Source of the DNA: Candidatus Flemingiibacterium sp.
Lineage (GTDB): Bacteria; Bacillota; Clostridia; Oscillospirales; CAG-272
Direction: 5' to 3'
DNA length: 36,911 nucleotides
NCBI GenBank assembly: GCA_045634345.1
Contig: JAZRAB010000097.1
Coordinates: forward strand, 1 to 36,911
Below are positions 9,729-16,881 of the stretch, piece by piece. The position numbers and the translations under genes were made by a program. Numbering within the stretch: position 1 is the stretch's first letter; each line of letters starts with the position of its first letter. The notes beneath the pieces are model-generated. The model saw only the letters and a program-made list of their open reading frames with translations. It was not told the origin of the DNA and searched no databases.

Positions 9729-9860
9729 ATGAAGAAGTTTGAAATGCCCGAGATCCAGGTTGAGGTTTTTGCCATTGCCGATGTTATCACTGTATCTGCA
9801 ACTGATACTGAACCTGTTAACCCCGGCAATAGCCAGCTTCCTTTCCTGCCCGGAGTTTAA
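9729..9860 (+). CDS. 43-aa RiPP-like precursor peptide MKKFEMPEIQVEVFAIADVITVSATDTEPVNPGNSQLPFLPGV (not in ORF track)
   Basis: Strong RBS GAAAGGAGG at 9710-9718. Leader F-x-x-P-x-I resembles the lasso YxxPxL RRE motif, followed by DVIT-V-S. The C-terminus is identical to that of the next gene, and a PqqD/RRE gene and a peptidase gene lie downstream. Confidence 0.85.
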   Translation: MKKFEMPEIQVEVFAIADVITVSATDTEPVNPGNSQLPFLPGV

Positions 9861-9883
9861 TCTTTGGTTATGGTATTTCAATT

Positions 9884-9966
9884 GTGACATTATTGATGTC
9901 ACGTTGAAAATCCCCCTGGGCTTTGACCCGGGGCATGTGTTCGAAAATTATAGCGAACATGTGCCC
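9884..9966 (+). other. Cluster of three stem-loops between the peptide gene and the SLH gene
   Basis: GTGACAT/ATGTCAC (9884-9902), CCCTGGG/CCCGGGG (about 9913-9933), and a 13-bp stem GGGCATGTGTTCG/CGAACATGTGCCC (9931-9966, two G-U pairs). Confidence 0.55.
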
Positions 9967-10104
9967 GAGGTCGAAGTTATATGTTTTTTGAACATTGTTA
10001 TGGACGCGGTGTTCTCGTTTAACACATATTGTTCATTTTGGTTTGCTAGTTAAAATAAAAAATATCATAGACAAAAAATTTATAACTAGGACGTGGAGGT
10101 TACT

Positions 10105-10992
10105 ATGAAAAAGAGAATTATAAGTTTACTTACTGCCATCGCGTTGACTGCATCTGCAGCATACGCAATTGCTGCGCAGGCGGATGAGCAGAAGGAATAT
10201 ACTGCGGACGCTCTTAACGAGTTGGGGCTTTTCCTTGGAACAGGAAACGGATATAATCTTGAGGGCAAGCTTGACCGTGCATCAAGTATTACTTTGATTA
10301 TAAGAATGCTCGGCAAGGTTGACGAGGCTCTTGAAAATGCAGATAGCTATGTAACTCCTTTTGTTGATGTCCCCGGATGGGCTGTTCCGTATGTCGGTTA
10401 TGCATATGAGAATAATATTACAAAGGGTACAGGTGCGGATACCTTCTCACCGGATGCAGAGGTTACCGAAGCAACCTTCCTTACACTCGCACTGCGTGCG
10501 CTCGGCTATAAGGATACCGGCGAAAATCCGCAGTTTGTTTGGAATAATCCGTATGATCTCGCCAAAGAGGTTGAACTTATCGCTACCGATAAAGCTGCTG
10601 CCGCTGCAGGAGATTCCTATTATCGCGCAGACGCTGTAGAGGTTTTCTGGAATGCACTCGGTGCAGAGCTTGCTGATAATTCCATGACACTTGCGGACAG
10701 ACTTATCGCGCAGGGTGTTTTCACTGCGGATGAATATGAACAGGCAAAGCTGATCAAGGAAGATGGTCCCGATGCGGATGATGCCGATACCACCGCAGAA
10801 CCCGAGGATACCACCGCAGAGCCAGAGGATACCACTGTAGAATCTGGCAATTCGAATAGCAATCAGCTTCCGTTTTTCCCGATGGAACCCGATGCCGAGC
10901 CGGAGGAGACCGATGAAGATAATACAGATGATTCGTCAAATGCTGGCAATGAAGGCAATAAGAATCAGCTTCCTTTTCTTCCGGGCGTTTGA
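10105..10992 (+). CDS. Secreted S-layer homology (SLH) domain protein with acidic Thr-rich tail ending in QLPFLPGV
   Basis: Signal peptide MKKRIISLLTAIALTASAAYA. SLH-like repeats (PFVDVPGWAVPYVGYAYENNITKG...FSPDAEVT; LFLGTGNG...LDRA; YRADA). GGAGGT RBS before 10105. Confidence 0.85.
   Translation: MKKRIISLLTAIALTASAAYAIAAQADEQKEYTADALNELGLFLGTGNGYNLEGKLDRASSITLIIRMLGKVDEALENADSYVTPFVDVPGWAVPYVGYAYENNITKGTGADTFSPDAEVTEATFLTLALRALGYKDTGENPQFVWNNPYDLAKEVELIATDKAAAAAGDSYYRADAVEVFWNALGAELADNSMTLADRLIAQGVFTADEYEQAKLIKEDGPDADDADTTAEPEDTTAEPEDTTVESGNSNSNQLPFFPMEPDAEPEETDEDNTDDSSNAGNEGNKNQLPFLPGV
10786..10842 (+). repeat. 21-bp in-frame tandem repeat (about 2.7 copies) encoding DTTAEPE
   Basis: GATACCACCGCAGAACCCGAG / GATACCACCGCAGAGCCAGAG / GATACCACTGTAGAA. 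Confidence 0.9.
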
Positions 10993-11067
10993 TTTGATCG
11001 GACATTTGTTTAAACCTTCTGCGAATATTTTCAGTATTTTAAATTTCATTTCCGTGTGGAGGATTGC

Positions 11068-11775
11068 ATGAGCCAATATTACCGTGTTGCTGACCTTATA
11101 GTCGAAATGGATTCATTTGGGCGTACGGTGAGTCAGGCTGAACCTTACCGTGTGGACGGTGAGTTTAAGCCGGATATATGTATTTCCGTTGATTGGCGTC
11201 CATTAAAAGAAAATCAGCCGCACCTTTCGGAGGAAGACTGCGAATACATTGAGACCGGTGCATCCTTTTATCATCAGCTTGTAAAGTTTGACGGTATGTT
11301 CCTTCATTCATCGGCGATTGTGATGGATGGAAAGGCGTATCTGTTTTCCGCACCGTGCGGTACCGGTAAATCTACACACACAGCACTGTGGCGGAAGGTT
11401 TTTGGCGAGGACAGAGTTCAGATGCTGAACGATGACAAGCCGGCGCTTCGTCTTGTTGACGGAAAATGGTATGCTTACGGAACCCCGTGGAGCGGAAAGT
11501 ATGATATAAGCTCTAATATTCGTGTTCCTCTTGGCGGAATCTGTATTTTAACTCGCGGGAAAGTTAATAAGATTGAGCCGTTTTGTGGAGCAAAAGCAGT
11601 GAGCGCACTGCTAGAACAAACAACAAGGCAAAAAAATGTTGCATTTATGCAAAAAATGCTCGATTTACTCGACAAACTTATAACAGATGTTCCGATATGG
11701 CGGCTTGAATGTAATATGGATCCTGAGGCGGCTATATTATCGCATCGTGTGATGTCCGGAGAAGCGGACAAATAA
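11068..11775 (+). CDS. HprK-related P-loop kinase/ATPase of the type found in RiPP clusters
   Basis: FLHSSAI catalytic His, Walker A APCGTGKST and MLNDD acidic pair, matching the HprK/PEPCK-like fold. GGAGGA RBS. Confidence 0.75.
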   Translation: MSQYYRVADLIVEMDSFGRTVSQAEPYRVDGEFKPDICISVDWRPLKENQPHLSEEDCEYIETGASFYHQLVKFDGMFLHSSAIVMDGKAYLFSAPCGTGKSTHTALWRKVFGEDRVQMLNDDKPALRLVDGKWYAYGTPWSGKYDISSNIRVPLGGICILTRGKVNKIEPFCGAKAVSALLEQTTRQKNVAFMQKMLDLLDKLITDVPIWRLECNMDPEAAILSHRVMSGEADK

Positions 11776-11804
11776 AGATTTTTAAGGAAAGGTATACATA
11801 AGCT

Positions 11805-12068
11805 ATGAAACTGAAATCCGGATTTATTCTCAGAGAGGTTGCGGGAACTTGCGTTGTTGTTCCTACCGGTGCTGAGCTTGATTTCAACGGAATGATTACT
11901 CTTAATGAGACCGGAAAGACGCTTTGGACTTGTCTTGAGAATGAAACAGACGAGAATGCGCTTACAGCGGCACTTCTTGCCGAATATGATACAGATGAGG
12001 CTACTGCGAGAGCAGGCGTTACGGCTTTTCTCGGTAAGTTGAGAAAACATGGCTTCATTGAAGAATAA
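11805..12068 (+). CDS. PqqD family peptide chaperone / RiPP recognition element (lasso B1-like)
   Basis: 87 aa with F-ILREVAG, ITLNETGKTLW, LLAEYD and FLGKLRKHGFIE, a typical PqqD pattern. Confidence 0.88.
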   Translation: MKLKSGFILREVAGTCVVVPTGAELDFNGMITLNETGKTLWTCLENETDENALTAALLAEYDTDEATARAGVTAFLGKLRKHGFIEE

Positions 12069-12519
12069 AGAGACTTCACTTGACTCATTAATGCCGATTA
12101 TTCGCGAGCAGCTTGCGCAGGGCGGTGATGTGACGTTTTCTCCCAGGGGAACAAGCATGTTGCCGATGCTTCGTCAGGGGAAAGATACGGTTACGCTGTC
12201 ACCCATAAACGGTCGCTTAAAAAAGTATGATCTTCCGCTTTATCGCAGAGATAACGGTCAATATGTGCTTCATCGTATAATAAGGGCAGGGGATACTTAT
12301 ACCTGCATTGGTGATAATCAGTTCCAACTTGAGCGCGGTATACGCCATGATCAGATGATAGGCGTTGTAAGTGCTTTCAACCGTGAGAAACAGGTGGTAA
12401 AGGTTACTGATTTGTCATATCGCCTTTATTGCCGTGTGTGGTGTCTCTCCAGACCGTTCCGTTACCTTTATTTTCGCGCTATTACTTTGAAAAGTCGGTA
12501 TTTGAAAAATAATGAATAG
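12049..12519 (+). CDS. S24/S26 family peptidase (signal peptidase I-like, no N-terminal membrane anchor)
   Basis: RGTSMLPML catalytic Ser box, YVLHRII (His general base) and GDNQ box. Overlaps the PqqD gene by 20 nt. Confidence 0.8.
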   Translation: MASLKNKETSLDSLMPIIREQLAQGGDVTFSPRGTSMLPMLRQGKDTVTLSPINGRLKKYDLPLYRRDNGQYVLHRIIRAGDTYTCIGDNQFQLERGIRHDQMIGVVSAFNREKQVVKVTDLSYRLYCRVWCLSRPFRYLYFRAITLKSRYLKNNE

Positions 12520-12610
12520 TATTATCAATAAATGTGCTTGCGCATGAGTGCTTGATATAAGTTTGCGCATAGCATTTTATACTATATATTAAATGGCAAA
12601 GGGGATTTTT

Positions 12611-13480
12611 ATGAATTATCAGTCAACTAATGAGATGAATGAAGTCGAAGCTGTAGAAGTCGATTTGTTTGATCTTATAAAATTGCTGTGGGAAAAACTG
12701 TGGATAGTCGTTTTGTCCATGATCGTTTGCGGTGCTATTGCATTTTCTGTATCAATTTTTGCAGTTACACCGATGTACAGTGCGTCCGCGATGCTGTACG
12801 TAAACAATAGTTCAGCGACCGTCAGCGGCATCCCGATTACAATAAATTCATCACAGCTTTCAGCAGCAAGGGCACTCCTCGATACATATGTGGTTATCTT
12901 AAAAACGAGAACCACTCTCGAAGCAGCGATAGAAAAGGCTGATCTACCATATTCCTACAATGAACTTCAGGGGATTGTTTCCGCTGAGTCTGTAAATGAT
13001 ACAGATATTTTCAGAATCACCGCAACCTGTGCTGACCCCGACGACGCAAAGCTTATAGTTGACACCCTTGTTGAGATTCTTCCCGACAGAATTTCTGATA
13101 TCGTTGACGGAAGCTCGGTGCGCATCGTTGACCGCGCCGTACGACCGGTAGGGCGTTCATCACCGTCATATACGAGATATGCAGTTATCGGTGTTATTAT
13201 CGGCGCTGTGTTAAGCTGCGCGATAATAATAATCGAAGACCTTACGAATACAAGCGTGCGAGATGAGGAATATCTCAAGATGAGATATAATATTCCGATC
13301 CTTGCCGTGATTCCCGAGGCATATGCTGTTTCAAAGAAAACGTACGGTTATAAATATGCTTACAGATCAAGGTATAAATACGGTTATCATGGCAGATATG
13401 GCTATAATCGAAATACGCATGGTAACATATATGAACAGAGTTATGAGCAGGCTCAGAACGGAATAGGTGGCGACAAATGA
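12611..13480 (+). CDS. Polysaccharide co-polymerase / chain-length regulator (Wzz/CpsC/YveK family)
   Basis: EVDLFDLIKLLW, TM1, TPMYSASAMLYV, SSP...TM2 and IPILAVIP, plus an extra Tyr-rich tail. Confidence 0.88.
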   Translation: MNYQSTNEMNEVEAVEVDLFDLIKLLWEKLWIVVLSMIVCGAIAFSVSIFAVTPMYSASAMLYVNNSSATVSGIPITINSSQLSAARALLDTYVVILKTRTTLEAAIEKADLPYSYNELQGIVSAESVNDTDIFRITATCADPDDAKLIVDTLVEILPDRISDIVDGSSVRIVDRAVRPVGRSSPSYTRYAVIGVIIGAVLSCAIIIIEDLTNTSVRDEEYLKMRYNIPILAVIPEAYAVSKKTYGYKYAYRSRYKYGYHGRYGYNRNTHGNIYEQSYEQAQNGIGGDK

Positions 13481-14406
13481 AATTAAATGATAAAAAGGCA
13501 AATGCCTATGAAAAAGCTGCCAAAGCTGAAAGCAAGAAGATATCAAAAGCAGATAAGAAAAAGAATGGTCCTTCTATTGAAGAAGAGGCGGCAACCATCG
13601 GAAAGAACCGCTCATTTGCAATGGCGGAAGCCCATAAGCGTCTGCGAACCAATATAATGTTCAGCTTTGCGGATGACAGTGAATGCCACATTATCGGTGT
13701 TACAAGTGCTATGGCACACGAAGGTAAAACTACCACGTCCATAAATCTTGCTTATGATTTAATGAAAGCAGGAAAAAAGACGCTGCTTATCGACGCGGAT
13801 ATGCGCTTGTCACGTATTCCAAAGCTTCTTGAGATCGAAGCGGCGCCAGGACTCAGTAATATGCTTGTCGGTAAAAACGATAATCAGAACGTAGTGCGCA
13901 CGATTACAGCTCATGATGGGCTTCAACTGATTACCTGCGGCGATATTCCGCCGAACCCGACGGAGCTTCTCTCGTCAAAGCGCTTTGAACTTTTGCTTAA
14001 TGCTCTTAAAGAAACATATGAATATATTGTAGTTGACCTTCCTCCCGTATCGGAGGTCTCGGATGCGCTTATTGCATCGAAGCTTGTGGACGGTATGATA
14101 GTTGTCGTGAGACAGGATTATGTTGATAAGCGCTTGCTTGACGATACCATTCATCAGCTTAATCTGAGTGGTGCTCGTATTATAGGTCTTGTAATGACAT
14201 GTGCGCAGTACAGGACAAAATACGGAAAGTATAAATACAAGAAGAGCGGCGGATATAAGTACGGCTACCGCGGCGGTTACGGTTATGCTAAACGCTCCGG
14301 CTACTATTCAAGGGGAGCCTATAATTATCATCATTCTCCCTACAGCTACGAATACGCCCAGCACCATCAGCATCATAAAAATCAGAACAGCTCTAAAGAA
14401 GAGTAA
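13477..14406 (+). CDS. BY-kinase, CpsD/CapB family tyrosine-protein kinase
   Basis: EAHKRLRTN, Walker A AHEGKTT, Walker A' LLIDAD, Walker B IVVDLPP and a C-terminal Tyr cluster. Confidence 0.92.
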   Translation: MKLNDKKANAYEKAAKAESKKISKADKKKNGPSIEEEAATIGKNRSFAMAEAHKRLRTNIMFSFADDSECHIIGVTSAMAHEGKTTTSINLAYDLMKAGKKTLLIDADMRLSRIPKLLEIEAAPGLSNMLVGKNDNQNVVRTITAHDGLQLITCGDIPPNPTELLSSKRFELLLNALKETYEYIVVDLPPVSEVSDALIASKLVDGMIVVVRQDYVDKRLLDDTIHQLNLSGARIIGLVMTCAQYRTKYGKYKYKKSGGYKYGYRGGYGYAKRSGYYSRGAYNYHHSPYSYEYAQHHQHHKNQNSSKEE

Positions 14407-14409
14407 TGT

Positions 14410-15195
14410 ATGAAAGAAGAGATTCTGCAACCCCCCTCGCGTTTTATTCCTCGTGTGGATTTTCATACACATATTTTACCGCAGGTCGATGACGGAAGCA
14501 GCTCGCTTGAAGAAAGTGTGCAAATGGTGCAGGCTCTTGCAAAATCAGGTGTCACGTGTATCGCTCTTACGCCGCATTTTTATCCGCAGTATGATGATCC
14601 CGAACGGTTTCTTGCAAGACGTGACCGCGCATTTGCGGATCTTCGCAGTGCGGTTATAGCCGACTCGGATATTTCACATGTTCATCTTATTCCGGGTGCG
14701 GAGGTAGAGTATTTCGACGGTATTGCTTGTATGAAAGACTATCCCGGGCTAAAACTCGGGAAGACCAAATGCTTGCTTGTCGAGATGCCTCACGGCGAAT
14801 GGACATCACATATGGTTGACGATATTCTTCAACTTAACAACAGTGGGATTTTCAGAGTGGTTATTGCTCATGTTGAGCGGTATCTCTTTTCGCAAAAAAG
14901 GGATGTTATACATACCCTCATTGACGATGGGGTCATAATGCAATCCAATACGGATTTCTTCATTGATCGCAGAACCTCCGGAAAAGCTGTGCGGATGTTA
15001 AAAAAAGGTTTGATACATATTCTTGGTACCGATTGTCACAGCATGACAATGCGTCCGCCGAGCATTCAGGAAGCGTGCGATATTATAATCAAGCGCGCAG
15101 GAGAAGACGTACTTCAGGGAATAATGTATAGAGCACACGATCTGCTTGTCGATGATATACAGATTGTTGCTGATAGCACTTCTGTACAGGTGTAG
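14410..15195 (+). CDS. PHP-family protein tyrosine phosphatase (CpsB/YwqE)
   Basis: DFHTHILP, DDG, TPH, AHVERY and GTDCH metal-binding motifs. Confidence 0.92.
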   Translation: MKEEILQPPSRFIPRVDFHTHILPQVDDGSSSLEESVQMVQALAKSGVTCIALTPHFYPQYDDPERFLARRDRAFADLRSAVIADSDISHVHLIPGAEVEYFDGIACMKDYPGLKLGKTKCLLVEMPHGEWTSHMVDDILQLNNSGIFRVVIAHVERYLFSQKRDVIHTLIDDGVIMQSNTDFFIDRRTSGKAVRMLKKGLIHILGTDCHSMTMRPPSIQEACDIIIKRAGEDVLQGIMYRAHDLLVDDIQIVADSTSVQV

Positions 15196-15199
15196 ATTA

Positions 15200-16120
15200 A
15201 TGAAGAGTAATTACAAGATCAAATATATAATCTTACTTTGTGTATGTCTTAACTGCATCGGTGTTTGTTTATATCTTAATTTTTTATACCAGACGAAGAT
15301 GCAGGATGACGGCGATTCACTTGAATCCCTGCGAGACTCAATAAAGCAGTACGAGTCAATCATGCTCGATGCAAACACCACGGCGCCTGCGCCCACTACA
15401 GAGGATGCTGGAGCGACTCCCGATACAGAGCCGGACCCGTTTATTACTGTCGATACGACCGAGGCAGATTCTGTAGAGACTACGGTAAGACCGCAGGTCT
15501 ATAAGCCGTCGGCTACCTTGAATTTCGATAAGCTTTGGGCGGTCAATCCCGAAATACACGCTTGGATAGACATTGAGGGGACAAAGATTGATTATCCTAT
15601 TCTGCAGAGTAAGAATAATGACAGAAAATATTTAAATACCGCATATGACGATTCTCCGTATATCGGAGGCGCGATATTTACTCAGGCGACATATAATAAT
15701 ACCGACTTCAATGATCCCGTTACACTCATTTACGGACATACGATGCGGTCGGGAACAATGTTCGGACAGCTTCAAAAAAGCTATTCGAGCGTACAGTCGT
15801 TTGAGGAAAACAGCGATATTGTGATATATCTGCCCGGTGAAGTCAGACATTATACTGTTTTCGCCGCAGTACCGTATGATGCGATGCACATACTTCATAC
15901 ATACGATTTTTCGAACACCTATTGGTACAACCGATTTTTCGATGATGTTGGACGAATCCGTGAAATAGGTGCGAATTTTGACAGAGAGGCTTTCCCCGAA
16001 GCGGGTGATCGAGTTATCATCCTTTCGGTTTGCTTAAATGAAGATACTGCCAGAAGATATCTTGTTATGGCAGCCTTCGAGGAGGATCTCGCAGACAATG
16101 CGAGGGATTCCAAAAACTAA
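15200..16120 (+). CDS. srtB: Class B sortase
   Basis: N-terminal TM, Thr/Pro/acidic linker, WIDIEGTKIDYPILQ, IYGHTM (His), ILSVC (Cys) and RYLV (Arg). Start moved to MKSNYK. Confidence 0.85.
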   Translation: MKSNYKIKYIILLCVCLNCIGVCLYLNFLYQTKMQDDGDSLESLRDSIKQYESIMLDANTTAPAPTTEDAGATPDTEPDPFITVDTTEADSVETTVRPQVYKPSATLNFDKLWAVNPEIHAWIDIEGTKIDYPILQSKNNDRKYLNTAYDDSPYIGGAIFTQATYNNTDFNDPVTLIYGHTMRSGTMFGQLQKSYSSVQSFEENSDIVIYLPGEVRHYTVFAAVPYDAMHILHTYDFSNTYWYNRFFDDVGRIREIGANFDREAFPEAGDRVIILSVCLNEDTARRYLVMAAFEEDLADNARDSKN

Positions 16121-16153
16121 ATTATATAATTTTTTACAAAGGAGATATTTGCT

Positions 16154-16855
16154 ATGAAGGCTTTACGCATTGCGACGATTTTACTTATTGTTGTGGCTTC
16201 GTTTGTTATGGCAGCCAATGCTGTGGAGTTTACCCCTAGTGTTGAAATTAAGGATGGACCTGAGATTATTGATCCTACTGATCCGGATGATCCTAAAGCA
16301 AGTGAGGACGAGTTAGAGATTACTCCGGTTGGACGCCTTGATGGTGAAGACCTTGATGAGGATATTAAAGACAATCTTACTGATGCAAAAAAAGACCTTG
16401 AGGAGAACGATTGGGAAGATATCCTTGATGATTTCGAGGACATATGGAATGAAGCTACCGACGGTGCCCCTGTTGAACATGCAATCGTCAGTGATATTTT
16501 CGATGTCCGCTATAAAGAAGATCCCACTGAGGACGGAACCGTTACAATTATGTTTGACATGAAAATGCAGGGGCTTGATTCGGATGATATTTTTGTTATC
16601 ATTGCTAAGCCAGAGGGCGGTGAATGGGCACCTATTGATTATACAATAAGCGAAGACGGAATTATAACCATTACCGTTGAAAACAAGTCAGTCTTTGCAA
16701 TCATTAAAGATAAGAGCGCAATGCCTGACATTGGCCCCGACGGTCCTGCTACAGGCGTTAGTCCGTATTTTGCTCCCGCAATTGTCGGTGCTGTATTCTT
16801 CGGTATTGCCGCTGTGGTTTGCGTGAATAAGATAGCTAAAAAAACAGAGAGATGA
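16154..16855 (+). CDS. Acidic cell-wall-anchored protein, probable substrate of the adjacent sortase
   Basis: Signal peptide MKALRIATILLIVVASFVMAANA. C-terminal GPATG followed by a hydrophobic segment and a KIAKKTER basic tail. Confidence 0.75.
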   Translation: MKALRIATILLIVVASFVMAANAVEFTPSVEIKDGPEIIDPTDPDDPKASEDELEITPVGRLDGEDLDEDIKDNLTDAKKDLEENDWEDILDDFEDIWNEATDGAPVEHAIVSDIFDVRYKEDPTEDGTVTIMFDMKMQGLDSDDIFVIIAKPEGGEWAPIDYTISEDGIITITVENKSVFAIIKDKSAMPDIGPDGPATGVSPYFAPAIVGAVFFGIAAVVCVNKIAKKTER

Positions 16856-16881
16856 AAATTCAGTTGAAAGGATGCTAGAAA

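Noticed and set aside
9739-10053. ORF-track 104-aa ORF (and antisense 9573-9902)
   Set aside because: It is out of frame with the RBS-supported 43-aa peptide, runs through the hairpin region, and has no recognisable features. It is treated as a shadow ORF.
10786-10842. Tandem repeat as a CRISPR array or mobile-element repeat
   Set aside because: It is an in-frame 21-bp coding repeat without spacers. No CRISPR array or cas gene was seen in the window.
9729-12519. Calling the module a standard lasso peptide cluster
   Set aside because: No asparagine-synthetase-like cyclase or B2 Cys protease is present in the window, and the predicted core has no Asp/Glu at positions 7-9.
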